64,000 bases of DNA from Eledone cirrhosa (GCA_964016885.1 OZ024740.1:234050001-234114000); one strand, 5' to 3'; shown: positions 12,857-26,627, numbered from the stretch's first letter. Numbers and translations are program-made. The notes: generated by a model not told the origin, from the sequence alone.

Positions 12857-14770
12857 CGTTTCTGAATTTGTTTAGCAAGATTCTTTATCTGAAATCGTGT
12901 GTTGAAACCGATATTGTTATACTTTGGGAGGGTCATGTTGCCAATAAGAAACACACGCACCATGGCTTTCACTTCAATTTATTATAATAAATTTATAAAT
13001 TTAGGAATTTATAAATTTCTGGTTGGTTGGTTGGTTCCACAACCAGATAGTTGTTTATATATATTGTCAAAGTTCTTTCGTCACACATTCTGTGACCTCT
13101 TCAGTGACTGGGGATTCTTTTCTTTGTTTTTGTGGCTCTCCTTTGTTCTGTCCTACGCCATTTTGTTTCTGTGTGTGTGTTGTGTGCTCAGTCTGAGCAT
13201 GCGCCACACCCGGGTGTCTGTGTGTGTTTATATTTGTTTATTTATTTGTTTATTTACATGTTACCGGTTGGTTGTTTGTTCTATGTGTGTGTGTGTGTTT
13301 TTATTTTGTGCTTAATTGTAAGTTGTGATGTTGCTGTTCCACTCATATTTTCTATTTAATTTTGGTTGTAATTCTTTTATGTTTATTGCCTCTGTGATTT
13401 GTCAAACATTGCGTCTTTTCTGTGTGTAGATTCTATTTTTATTTCTATGTTCTCTAATTTACCCTTATGTTCTATTTTAGCATGTTGGTAGAGTACAGAT
13501 GATTCTTTACTATCTTGAAGGTCTCGCCAGTGTTCATTTATCCGTTCCCCTACACTACGAGCTGTCTCACCTATGTACACGATATGTTTGTCTCTACATT
13601 GTCCTTCAGTACATCTTATGCTATACACTACATTTCTAGTTTTACAGTTAATATGAGGGATTATTTTACAGGGTATACATTTCTTATCTATACAGGGGGG
13701 GTCTTTGGAAAGGGTATGTCTTGGTAATAAGTGTTTTTACGGAGGTACCTGGTCTTTCTACTATCTTAATATTGAGTTTATGTTTATCTAGGGCCCTTCT
13801 AAATTTGTAAGCTAATTCACCTCTAGGGGTTGTATCGATGAACATTACACTCTGGTATTTATTGCTATCATACCATGAGTTTATTCTATTAGCCTTATTC
13901 CTAGTTCTTTCTATTCTATTCCAAAATTTGCTCCTATACAAGGGGCTGGTCCCATTTGTGTCATTATTTACCATTTATTCCCATTTGGTTCTGGCTCCTC
14001 TATACACTCTGATTCTATCTCTCTGATTGTAACCAGAGAACTGCATACGGTGAATGAAGTGTTGTATGTGTCTCTCTAGTTCTTCGGGGTTGCACATGCG
14101 GGACACGTTTCTCATCACCCGTACCAAATCCGCAACCAGTATGTTGATTTTGGTATGGTCCGAAACAGCCGAGTTTCGGTGGATCAGATGTTTGGAAGTC
14201 ATGGGTTTGGCATAATGGGAATGGAGGATTTGTTTTTTGTAATTAATGGTATCTAACCAGAGCTCTGTGTCTAGTACAGGTAATCAATGGTTGGGGTGTT
14301 TACTTGGGTAGTCTATAGTAACTCTAATACTCTGGTGGGTGGAGTTAGCTATTTGCTGGATGCTTTCCATTGTGTTTTTCTCTAGTTCCTGACTGTTCTC
14401 TAGTGGGGGTGTCTTAACTACGATGTTTATATCGTCAACGTAGCGGGAGTACATTATCAGGGTTAAGGGGTCTTCTAATTGTTCTTTAAGTTTAAGTCTA
14501 CTGTCCCACCATACCATGAAAAAGTTAGCTATGTCGCCTGCAATGCTAACACCAATGGCTGCTCCTTCCTCTTGGGCATATGTTTTTCCATTAAATTTGA
14601 ACATATGTTCCTTAAGGGTTAGTTTTATGCTGGCCCCTACCGCATGTGCAATCATTTTCTTCAGTTCGTCGTGCTTTTCGGGTGTCCGTATGGCTCTGGT
14701 CCACCCGTTCCATCTATCTGTGTGGGTTTTCTTGGCCATTGAGGTAATGGTAGGTGGTCTGGAAAAACAT
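12856..14770 (-). mobile_element. Penelope-like retroelement (RT, GIY-YIG, and 3' UTR/pseudo-LTR carrying a hammerhead)
   Basis: GAAIGVSIAGDIANFFM and YSRYVDD (PLE RT); YIGETARSVGERINEH (GIY-YIG); frameshifted; ends at the (TA)n tract at 12815-12855. Confidence 0.88.
13066..13108 (-). ncRNA. Minimal type I hammerhead ribozyme in the PLE 3' region
   Basis: GUCA-CUGAAGA-G GUCACA gaaug UGUGAC-GAAA-GAAC-UU-UGAC; stem I GUCA/UGAC. Confidence 0.75.
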
Positions 14771-14774
14771 ATGC

Positions 14775-15185
14775 CCAAAAGCAAATTGCCCATTAAAAGG
14801 AAATTGCCTTATTAATAACATAGCATATAAATGTAAAATTAACACTAAGGACTCAACTTATTCATATATAGGAGCTACTTCTAACCAATTTAAAGTAAGA
14901 TTTAATACCCACAAACACAGTTTTAAAAATGCCGCATTAGCTAATACAACATCCTTAGCTGAAATAATTAATAATTATAGAAAAAGGAATATAGATTATA
15001 ACCTGACCTGGAGTGTGCTCAAAAGGGCCACCCTTATCAAAATAATAGATATGAATGTAGATTATGTTCCCAGGAACTTTTTGAAATAATGAAATCTAAG
15101 GATATCCTATTAAATAAGCGACATGAATTAATTATATCATGTAATCATAAAATGAGAAGAACTTTTAAATATTATAAACCTAATT
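14775..15185 (+). mobile_element. Second Penelope-like GIY-YIG fragment (Nematis-like)
   Basis: CPLKGNCLINNIAYKC...YSYIGATSNQFKVRFNTHKHSF. Confidence 0.8.
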
Positions 15186-16266
15186 AATATACACTTTACA
15201 AATTATTATAATAACACTTTTTTTTAAATTAGTTAACCTATAATTAATATTCTACTACTAATGAACTGCATAATTTTATTTCCCTTTTACAGCTATCTTT
15301 TCCTAAAATTTATACCAATAAGTATACATATAAACTATTTTAATTTCAGGTTATGAATCTATATTCCTTATAATCTATATAAATTTGTTATTTCTCACTA
15401 ATACATTATTAGTGAGAAATAACAAATTTTTTAAATAACAATAATTATTATAATATTTTTATTTTTTTATTTTCCCTTCGTTTTTAACAGCATTCTTCAA
15501 TTACATCTAACTCTTATTTATCATATCTATATGAATTAATATAAATTTATCAATATAAATATACCTATCAATTTAATTAATTTATTTCCTTTTATAGATG
15601 TAAATTCCATATGTTTTAAATAAGACTGATATTTTTCACTAACACATTTATCGTAAAATGTTATTCTCCTTAGATATTTACATTAGCATTAATCTTTTAT
15701 AACATCAAATTTTCGTGTACCTTTTACCGACTTGACCTATTTTCATCCCCAAAATAATCTTTTCATTCAATATACTCTTTCCATTCAAAACTGAAATCTG
15801 CTTTCCTCTACCCTAGATTAAAGTTCCATTACTACTATTCTACCATCTTGACCACTTACTACCTTTCTATTGGTCAATTCAAAACCTGTTCCCAAACAGA
15901 CATAATATATTAAATCTTTGTTGGTTTTTTTCAATAAACAAATATCATTATTTCTGAAGACAGCATATGTATGTGTAGGTATGTATATTCCCTCTGATAG
16001 TTTGTAAAACTTTTACATAGATCTATATAATATACATACCAACACACACATATATATCCTAGAAACGATCGTAAAATGATGAATTTTTTAATATAAGGAA
16101 CTGTTTCTTTGTTTTTATTCATTATTTTTATTAATTTATCTTGACTCTGTTTTCCTGTATTTTTCATCGAAAAAAATGTTTGAATACATCTTCTCTTTTC
16201 ATGATATTTGGATTACATTGAGTTCTTCATACGGATTGGACACTACCGTACATTTTGGTAGATTTA

Positions 16267-16332
<66 letters not shown>

Positions 16333-16954
16333 CATACAATACAGAGAAGAAAATACACCAGAGAGAGTGCGTGTTTATCAAGCTCATGAATTACAGGGAC
16401 TAACACGAGTTTCTGACTCCGTTACTTCATTTCGATACATTGTTCCTAACAACGGTTCTCTCTCTCACTGTTTTGTCGAGTACCTTAATTTAAGTGGTTT
16501 TGGGCTGCCATTTCCAGCGGCTCATCCCATCGAAACCACTGGTCTATTGTCTCATACACGCATTTCCCTCTCCCACGCGTTGCAAGGCAGTTACTTTAAG
16601 TTCTCTTAGAGTTATTTGGAATGTATTCACTTACCACACGCTAATGAACCTGGGTGAGTTCAATCCAAACACTGATTTTCTGGCGAAACAATCTCTCTCA
16701 GTTTGTACGTTTGTGATATATAGTTATAAAGGTGGGTTCTTTCATTTTAATATATATCTTTAATTATAATGTATCTGCCTCACCTTCCTTGGTTTATGGG
16801 TTCCATAGGCTAGTAGTATTCCCTGGAACTTGATAAACACACACTCTCTCTAGTGTGTTTTCTTCTCTGTACTGTATTTGAAGAGCCCGGGATCCTTTTT
16901 CCTTTGAGCACATGAATTACAGGGACTAACGCGAGTTTCTGACTCCGTTACTTC

Positions 16955-17012
<58 letters not shown>

Positions 17013-17073
17013 TAATAATATAGTATATAGCGTTGTAAAAAGAAGTTTATTTTGAAATTAAATTAATTTTCAG

Positions 17074-17138
17074 GTCTGTTTTAGAATCGGATAAAGGCTT
17101 AGCCGTTGCTGTCGTCACATTTTTCTGTTCAATTTTTG
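17074..17138 (+). CDS. SLCO/OATP exon
   Basis: ttttcag acceptor; (R)SVLESDKGLAVAVVTFFCSIF(G), similar to the OATP R-V---DK--A-G motif; gtaagt donor; phases match both neighbouring exons. Confidence 0.85.
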
Positions 17139-17887
17139 GTAAGTACTTATAATTCTTCTTCTCTAGATATTTTTTTAGTTCGCTTGGTTACACTTTTGTG
17201 GGTGCTTCTCATAATGGTTTCTTATATAGGCACAATGCCACCAATTTTGGGTGAGGGGAAAGTCGATTCAACCGACCCCAGTGCGTGACTGGTACTTTAT
17301 TTTATCGACCCCGTAAGAATGAAAGGAAAAGTTAACTTTGGCGGGATTTGAACTCAGATCATAAAGGGCCGTAACTCTATGCTGCAAAGCTTGGCGTCCG
17401 ACCATCTACCGATACTGCCAATGCACCGCCCGTGTGGGTGCTTCTAAAATAACAGCGAATTGGCAGAGTTAGATGTTTCAACATTGGATAGAATGGTTTG
17501 TGATATTCGTTCCGGCTGTCTGCACTCTGAGTTCAAATCCTGCTAAGTCCAGCTTAACTTATCCTTTCCAGATCTCCAGATCGCTAAATGAAGTATCTGT
17601 CCAGTACTGGGGTTTCTTACTTTCTTCTTCATGCTTGTTCTGTGAGGCATTTCATAGATTCAAATGTTATTCGCACATACACATATAAATACCCCCACTC
17701 ACACACATGGCAATTAGTTTACCCAGCTATGGGTTAAATATCCTCACCAACCCAAAATTGCCCAAGCGTCGTGACTACGGATACACCCTAGCATGAGCAA
17801 GACCAAACAGAAAGCGGTGGAGATCAATCAGGGAGGGATTACTCCGGTAGGGGTGAAAAGGCCCTGGATTGAATACGTATATATATA

Positions 17888-17918
<31 letters not shown>

Positions 17919-17955
17919 TATATAGATATAGATATATATATATATAGAGAGAGAG

Positions 17956-18097
<142 letters not shown>

Positions 18098-18375
18098 GAA
18101 TTTCGTAAAAGATGTTATATTCAAAGTTCGCAGGGCACTCAGTCCGAGGAGCAAGTTATACAAAATTAGGTAAAATTCACATTTTCATTTATCGAATACG
18201 CGTGTTTAGCTGTGAAAATAATCCCACTGCGAAATGCGCGAATTTGATAGATGAAAATGTTGTGAATTTCACCTCCATTTCCTGAAGAACGACTTATGTC
18301 CGGAGCGCCAAACCCTCCTCTACTTCCTCCTGGGCGTGATGCTAATAAGACATTGTGTTGTCATTTCTTTAAAAA

Positions 18376-18411
<36 letters not shown>

Positions 18412-18578
18412 CAATATGTTGAAAAGGTAACACACCAGAGAGAGATATACAGTGCGCTATCAATAAAACAGAGAAAAACCACCAGTGTATGGAAACTATA
18501 ATCTATGAAAGGCAGACTATAGACACGATAATTAAAAATATAAATTAAAGCGTAAATAAATACCTCTATAACTATATA

Positions 18579-18660
18579 ACACACGTACAAATCCAAAGAG
18601 ATCTGTTTCGCCAGTAAGTTGTTGACAGAAATGGAATAACCCCGGTTCATCAGCGTGTGT
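18579..18660 (-). ncRNA. Type I hammerhead ribozyme with a full stem III
   Basis: ACACACG-CUGAUGA-aCCGG...CUGGc-GAAA-CAGAUC ucuuug GAUUUG-UA-CGUGUGU. Confidence 0.8.
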
Positions 18661-18796
18661 AAGGCTATACATTTCAGGCAACACTAAGAGAATTTTAAAA
18701 GTGACTGTCCAGCTACACGTGGGAGAGAGAAGTCACAGCGTGAATGGGCGAGAAGTCACAGGGAATGGCGAGGCTCTATGGCTCCGTTAATTTATC

Positions 18797-18935
<139 letters not shown>

Positions 18936-18981
18936 CACATATCCCATTTAATTCTTTTTCTTTATTTTTTTCTTTCTACAG

Positions 18982-19232
18982 GTTTTTTCCCAGCTCCACC
19001 TTTGTTCGGGACCATAATTGATCATACCTGCATTATCTGGAATTATCTACCATGTGGTGGGGGAAGAAGTTCTTGTAAAACCTATGATAATGATAAATTT
19101 AGAATTCGCTACTTCTCTGTTTTGGGCACTATTGACATATTTGCGTTCCTTGCTGTCTTGATAGGAGCGATACTTAGTTTTCGTGCAAGTAAGAAGACAA
19201 AGAAGTCTGAAACTCGAGCAATCAAGAATTGA
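18982..19232 (+). CDS. SLCO/OATP terminal coding exon
   Basis: Polypyrimidine tract plus cag; GFFPAPPLFGTIIDHTCIIW...CGGGRSSCKTYDNDKFR (OATP C-terminal signature); stop tga ending at 19232. Confidence 0.9.
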
Positions 19233-19699
19233 CATCGAATCGTTTTATTTATTTTCATAATCTAATCTATAATCTAATCTATAATGGTAAAGAATTCAGT
19301 GAAATTAGAGAAATTCTCTGCCGTATATTTGTTTACTGTGAAACAATTACCGCTATAAATTAAATAATACCACATTAATATTTTATAAAGTTTTGTGTTA
19401 TTGTCTTGGTAAATAAAGGGAGTTGACAAATCTATATAGTATGTGTTCCTTGTGTTATTAAGACTTTGCGTCTAATCTAACATTAAATAATTTTTTTTTT
19501 TAAACTGATAACTTACCTAAAAGAAATATTATAAGCGGGCATCTACGCATGCCAATAAACTTCATCGGCATTATTGATGCAAAGATACTGTGAACTACAG
19601 TGTCTATAGTCTGTAATGTGAAAAAATGTAGATACTACCAAACACTCGTTCTCCCCTATATACACATATATACACCAGGTCCGATCACACAAGAACCAA

Positions 19700-19890
19700 A
19701 CTCCCTGTCATCGCCTCCGTCTCTTCCGCTCTCCCCATCTCTCACTATTGTGAGCAAATGGGGGCCCACGCACTGGCCGCCCAGTGGCCCCGCGGCCCCA
19801 TCGGACAGAAACAGAATAGAGAAGGCGTTTCCCGGAGGATGGTGAGGATACTTGAAGAGCCATTCCAGCTCGCGAGGCTCACACCTGTTC
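19700..19890 (-). mobile_element. CRE-like RLE non-LTR retrotransposon 3' fragment
   Basis: Clear similarity to 44800-45000 (ctgtcatcgcctcc...gtgagcaaatgggg...gaagagccattcc...gaggctcacacctg). Confidence 0.7.
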
Positions 19891-21249
19891 TCGTGTTAAC
19901 TTAAATTGTTCTCGTGTTAACTTATCTTATCAAGTAGTTGAATTGAATATAGTAGCAATCAATATATTCTGGAGATTATTTCAAATAGATACATATGACT
20001 GTTTATAGTTATTTATCGTTATAACGGCCTGAGTACATGTGGCTGTGAAGAGCAGATACATATGGTCTTTGTTAACATTCTTGGTACTTCGCAAAAATTT
20101 CTACTATGATGTAATATGACAGTTTATCCCAGTGCAGCTGCTAACTATCAATGAGACGAACGTATCGATCTCACATTAAACTACACTTTTTCAAATTACT
20201 TAATATAACATAGTGAAATTCATCAAAACAAACTTTAGAAATCCAGTGTATTACAACACAATCTAGCAACTACAGTTGATCCAAATATATTCATATATAA
20301 TTGACATTAATGCCCCACGTGTTAATAGTATTAAGAGTTGGTTCCAAATGAGTCAGTTATGAAATTAAATAAGAATAATTGTTTTTTATCATTAAAACTG
20401 ATCGGACTTTGAAAATAAAATCCGGCGATTTTCTTTCTGCAATCAAGACGAAAGTTATTAACTCTGTATGGATGTATCACATACACTACAGGTTAATCTT
20501 GATGATAATGGTTATAGAGGCTGGAGAGGTAAAATGCAAATGCAACTGTAGTGACCTACATTCCGCGGGCTCACATACATTCTCTGTACGTGATTTGGCT
20601 CAGCTCAGCCAATCAACGCCAGTAGAAGAGGATGTATCCCTACGCGTTCTGAGGGAGAAATAGCCCGCAAAGATTTGAGGACGCTATCACTTCCAGCTAA
20701 ATCGTGCTAAGGTAAAAATCACTTGTTCTTTTGCTCCGCCAGCACAAACAATATGTAACGACACAACAATTTTACTACGGAATTGGCTAAACGCCTCAGC
20801 CAGTCGACCGTATTTTCTCTTGTAATCTTAATTGATTTGTTTTATTTCTCTTGGCATGCCAGCTCAACCTCTGTTAATAAATAATGTAAAACCAAGCTAA
20901 AGTCGTTGTCGATATTCCTATCATATCTTTCTACTAAACCTGGTTCCTCGTGGCGACATTACAACTCTCTAAATATACTATAACTCTCCGCTAAATTGGT
21001 GACAACATCTTCAACCAAACAACCAAACCTGGATTTTGATGTAACAGAAGAACGTGTAGTATTTTGTTGTATAGCTCTTTCTGTTGGCGGTAGCACTAAA
21101 CCTAAGCATAATAAGAGTGTATATGAAAACATACTATATGTTATACAATAAACATATGGATTGACCCGCTATCAAAGAAAAATATTTTCTATAACGAAAA
21201 AATTATTTTTCTTTATTTTTCTCTAGCAGAACTGTTCTAGTATAGTAAA

Positions 21250-23840
21250 ACGACTACCAAATAAGATGGTTAGTTGCAATATAAGCAGGCTCCTGCTGCA
21301 CGAATAAGCAATCCCAGACCAACAGCGGTAAACTACTTCGGGAGATGGAGCCAAGAATGACACTGCTAGCTCCCAAGAAAGTTCTCACAACCCAGTGAGG
21401 AGGCTGCGATGAGGTGAGTAAAGGCCACAACTAAAACAGCCTCGTCTTCGCGAGTCTGAGAAAAGTGCCTGATTGGTGACTGGTGCGATTAAGATCACAA
21501 AACACTTCAATATAACCAGAAACAATAAAGGAAGCCGTACCGCATCGTCTTTCGCGCAGGATAACTAGAGACGCGTTCAGACCTTAGGTAAAGGAGCCTA
21601 TTCGAAAAATAAATTGCAAACATATAGTGTCTCGATCCAATACTACAAGAAGTGGCGATGGGCTTGCAACCTGTCAAGGGAAGCGTGGGATGGGCGCCCG
21701 AATGTTACGTATCCCCCAGACCCCAAGTGAGCAAACCATAACAATTTGTAACTGAAACGTTACAACCCTTACAGATAAGGAGCATGAACTAGTAGAGGAG
21801 GCCAGATGCTACCGGCTAGATATAGTCGGGAGTTTCCTCAACAAAATACGGTGGATGTGTTACTGTAGATTTGTAGTTAGTCAGGTGTAGCACCAGAAAT
21901 GACGGCTCAGGCAGGAATGAAGATGCGCACAAGCTTCGAGCTGTCAGAATGTGTTACAAACTGGATTCCGTTGAAAGGGAAGATTTATCTCTCGAACCTT
22001 AGGCTGGAAGAAAGATCTCTGTGGTTGGTGCAAAGACAGAGCCTGATTCATATCCTTCGTTTATGAAGTCACTGCAGCGTTATCTGTAGTTAAGATTGAC
22101 TCTTATATCCTAATGGGAGACTTTCAATGTACATGTTGGCAATGACTTGATGACATGGAAAAGAGTGATTAATAGGAATGGCGATACCAATTTAAACACG
22201 AATGTGGTGGGTGGACATATACTTCTGTTCTAGCAATGAACTCTCTATCGTGAACACATTTTCCAGCACAGATACTTCCATAAATATACTTGGTATAAGG
22301 AGAATTGGGGACAAATATCAATAATTGATTTGGCTATTGTCTCTGATCTCTTTCATTCTGTGCTGGATGATCGTGTTAAGAGAGGGGCTGAGTTGTCAAT
22401 TGATCACCATCTAGTTAACTGCAGCCTAAGGCTAGCTGAAGCCAAGGAATCCCTGGTGAACTTACAGAATAAACTGGGAGGCGCTGGCGAATAAGGAAGT
22501 CGGGACCAGGTATGCCATTACTGTAGCATCCACATTCAGAGAACTCCCTCAGCAAACTGAGGACGTTGAAACGGAATGGAGACTGTTCAGCCCAGCAGTT
22601 TCTGCTTCAGTTGTTAAATGCTGCGGACGAAAACCGCTTGGTGTGGTGTGAAGTGGCAGGATGACTCCTTGGAGCAATCAAGTAGTCGAAGATACCATCC
22701 GAGCAAAGAAGAAACTTACGAAGCTTAACTTCGAAATAAGTCCTCCTTCATGCACTTCTGGCACAAGTAGGCGCGAAAACCCGCAACAGAGATAGTAAAG
22801 GCGTTTAAAGTTAAAACATGGGAGGACTTTGGGGTTAAGCTGGAATCCGACTTCAGATCAGCAAATAAAGTAGTCTGGCAGGCCATCTGCTGAATTCGTA
22901 ATAAGAAGTCCACCTCCACACCTGCTATCAGGAATGCGCTTGGAGTTCTTCTCTCTTCAGAGAGGTCCATTTTCGCGAGGTGGAGAGAATACTTTGTTGA
23001 TCTCCTAAACCCGGTGACCACAGCACCTTCTAATGTATACGGGGTGCAACTGAAAGCGATGACTAATCTCACTGAGGTTGAGATCACAAGGCCCCTATGT
23101 CTGGGAAGGATGGAATTCGGCCAGAGATGTTAAAAGCCTTAAATAGCGAATGCATTCTCTGGCTGACTCATGTGTGTCGAATGACCTGGATCTCTGGAAA
23201 GGCACCTAAGCAATGGCGATCGAGAGTGATAATTCGAATTATCAAAAAGTGAAGCAAGAGAGATTGCTCCAATTACAGGGGGATCTCCTTGTTAAGACCC
23301 CGTGTAATATTTATGCTAAATGTCTGGCTAAAAGATGTAGGGATATTATCGAGTCCAAACTAGCAGACGAACAGGGTGGTTTTAGCCCACGGACGCAGCA
23401 CAGCCAACTAAATATTCACACTGACAGGTTTTTGGTAATATTGCCAAGAGGTGTATAGATGTTTCATAGGCCTCGAAAACACATATGACCACTTTTCGCA
23501 GGACCTACCGTGGCAGGTTCTACAGAAGTATGAGATCGATGGACAGTTTCTTGTTGCTCTGATGACTGTATACGAATGTCCCCGTATGTTCAGATAAATG
23601 GTGCTAAGTTGAAACCATTCAATATAGGTGTCGGACTCTGCCAAGAGTACGTACTCTCACCTCTCCTGTTCATAATCTTCATGGACAGGATTGACATGCG
23701 CAGCCGGGTTGGGTGTGGTAACAAGACTGGTGGGTATAGGGTCACACAGCTGGAAATTGCGGATGACCTGATATTACTTAACTCGTCAGAAGGTGATCTC
23801 TGACATACACTTAATAGGTTTGTTGTCCCATGACCCTCCC
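21250..23840 (+). mobile_element. RTE-clade LINE, degraded (EN plus RT)
   Basis: Fragments GAELSIDHHLV (EN), KLADEQGGF, LSPLLFIIFMDRI and IADDL (RT); many stops and frameshifts. The 5' boundary is approximate. Confidence 0.8.
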
Positions 23841-24224
23841 GGAAATAAGTAACGAAGAAGAAGAAGAAGAAGAAGAAGAAGAAGAAGAAGAAGAAGAAGA
23901 AGAAGAAGAAGAAGAAGAAGAAGAAGAAGGAGGAGGAGGGTAGCTTTAATCAGGACAGGGATCCGGGTTACAGAGCTAATTTTCGTTCACCAGACCATTT
24001 CAAATATAAATCCAATCACAGAAGGCGACTTTAAGTGGCCACTCAAACTATTAGAAATAGAAGCCAACATCGTCTCAACCTACTGAAAAAGTAAATATTG
24101 ACTAATATGATCTTGGGTTTCCCGCACAAAACAAAAAGATGAGATAATCACAATTGGAATTTATTTGATCAAAACTCCTTTCGATCAGAGTTAATTAGGC
24201 CAAGGGCTAAACCACAACAAGAAC

Positions 24225-24390
24225 AACAAACATAAATAGCAAAGAAAATATGCGGAAGACAATATGCGGAAGACAATATGCGGAAGACAAACATAAATAG
24301 CAAAGAAAATATGCGGAAGACAAACATAAATAGCAAAGAAAATATGCGGAAGACAAACATAAATAGCAAAGAAAATATGCGGAAGACAAA
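24225..24390. repeat. Minisatellite with a ~33-bp unit (acaaacataaatagcaaagaaaatatgcggaag) and a 14-bp subrepeat
   Basis: Direct tandem copies visible in the sequence. Confidence 0.9.
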
Positions 24391-25153
24391 ACGAAGTGAT
24401 CAAACCACTTTTCTATTAAGAATTGCATTTAATCATTTGCATTTTACAAGACAGAATGTCACATCTTTTAATAATCATTATTATATGAATTTTATTACAA
24501 GTACACCACATATTTTCCGGCCCCTCATGTTCCAGAGCGGTTCCGGGTTTATTCGTTTTGCCGAATTAGCAGAGGTCACGTAATTCAGGGTGGATTCGTT
24601 GGAGAGACCACGACCCTGTTAATATCTTTTTCACTATCAAATCTTTTTTAACAGCCCTATATTTATTCACTGGAAACTTATGGAGAATGCGAAAATACAC
24701 TCTCTACTTGTCAACTATGATGATATGAAGACTCAAATATTAAAAACTAAATCTATCGCCGCGTATTAACAGCCTCATCCAAGGTTTCGTTCGTTCTTAA
24801 AACAAAACCGTAAAACCGTGAGCGGTTTATACCTAACCCTTTCCTCTGTTATGTCACATTGAAGTTATCTGTTAGTATGATTTTCAAAGTTACGTTTCGA
24901 GAGCTGATACTTAGGAGGTTAGCACCAAATGATATATTTAGTTTTATACATTTACGCCTTCATATCTTTAAAATTCAAGAATGTGGAGAATGTTTCTGCT
25001 TCCGTAGTTCTTTTTAGTGTCGTGAGAATTTTGTATATAAAGAAAATATGAATAAAGATATCAGGAATTCCAAACACCCGCTCATAATTATGTCCGGATT
25101 AAGATATGTGCCGAAGCATCAGTTGCTGGAAAATCATTGGTGCACCTGTATCA

Positions 25154-25191
<38 letters not shown>

Positions 25192-25290
25192 ATTATTATT
25201 ATTATTTTAACGAGTAATTTAACTAATTGCTCTACTTTCCCTGTAAAATGATATGTAGACAGCCATTTTCTACAACATTTGTGACCGCGA

Positions 25291-25478
25291 TCAGCACAGA
25301 ACATTCGAACGATGATTGCAGATTCCTAAATCTCGATCAAACAATGTCCCTTCTGGACATTTCATCTTAACTGAATAATAAGAGTGGCCTCCACCATAGA
25401 TGCAATGGACGAAATGTTCACAAGATGTTGGATCAAGATAAATACCCTCACCTAGTTTAGAACAGTCAATACTTCCAG
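25291..25478 (-). CDS. Chitinase terminal exon, CBM14 (peritrophin-A) chitin-binding domain
   Basis: Six-cysteine pattern DCSKLGEGIYLDPTSCEHFVHC...KCPEGTLFDRDLGICNHRSNVLC followed by a stop codon. Confidence 0.9.
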
Positions 25479-25639
25479 CTGAAAAACAAACAGACAAAAC
25501 AAATGATATATCAATAAATATCGGAGGTATACGATGTGTTTATGTATAATAAACATATATCAGTCTCACTATGGATGTTTTAATCTGTAATCGTATCGCA
25601 ACTATCCCAGTAACCATGGGAGCAAGTCACACACTAGTA

Positions 25640-26262
25640 CAGAGGTTCTCAAAGTGGGCGCTATCACCCTAGGGGTGTTGAGAAGGATCAGGGGCACTGG
25701 GGCCTCAAGGGGCGGTGGTAAAGATGATATATAGTCTAAAAATCTAAAGTCTGTCTTAAGCCAGAAGGGTCATTTGGCCGGTGCTTATCCCGGTTTCATG
25801 GTATGAAACGACTGAGAGTACAAGACTCCCCCTGGACAGGACACCAGTCCATCGCAGGGTTAAACCCCCAACTATTGCTGGTTCTCATTTTCAGCTGAGT
25901 ATACTGGAGCAACGTGAAATGAAGTGTTTTGCTCAATAACACAACACGCAACCCAGGAATGGAGCCTACGAGATTATGATCGTAAGTCCAACACCCTTAC
26001 CACTAGACCTCGTGCTTCCACAGAGATGATATAATAGTATATCAAATATCAAATATCAAATGATATATATTTTATATAAATATAGTAAGACAAAAAATAT
26101 ATAATGTTTATTTATACACAGTATATATTATATTATTTATTATCTATAAATTAACGATTTTATTTATTATAAATTATTTCTCTGGAAATAGGGTTGGGGT
26201 ATGCTGAGGGTATTACATGGTCGTGGGGCAGGCGGTGACCCCAAAAAGCTTGAGAACCTCTG
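25640..26262. mobile_element. hAT/Charlie-like MITE with a nested SINE-like insert (~25750-26020)
   Basis: TIRs cagaggttctcaa / ttgagaacctctg; imperfect 8-bp TSD cactagta / cactaaca. Confidence 0.72.
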
Positions 26263-26440
26263 CACTAACATTTCACGAGACAGGAATAAGCTAAAGTAGC
26301 CTGTATACATTTTTGCGTAGAAATCATCTGCTGGATGGTGATGCTCATTTGCATTTAGTGCAGGCTTGACTGGCTAGGATTAACAGTACCATTAACATAA
26401 CATTATTCACGATGAGAGTGAAAGAGGGTCCAATTGATGA

Positions 26441-26627
26441 GGTGGATTGGCAGTATCGGTAGAGGGTCGGACGCCATGCTTTGCAGCAAAGAGTTACGGC
26501 CCTTTATGGTCTGAGTTCAAATCCCGCCAAGGTTAACTTTGCCTTTCATCCTTACGGGGTCGATAAAATAAAGTACCTGTAATATACTGGGTAATTGCTA
26601 GCCTTGTGCCAAATGTAGAAACAATTA
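26441..26627 (+). mobile_element. tRNA-derived SINE (main family in this window)
   Basis: A box tggcagtatcgg, B box gagttcaaatcc, core ctttcatccttacggggtcgataaaataaagtacc. Other copies at ~7213-7437 (two), 12063-12250, 17213-17431, 29651-29866, 47280-47370, 48583-48650, 55855-56016 and 60806-60857. Confidence 0.88.

Noticed and set aside
18280-18330. CTGAAGA motif as a possible hammerhead core
   Set aside because: No suitably placed GAAA, stem II or stem I complement was found.
24225-24390. Regularly spaced repeats resembling a CRISPR array
   Set aside because: There are no unique spacers and no cas genes, and the context is eukaryotic; it is a simple minisatellite.
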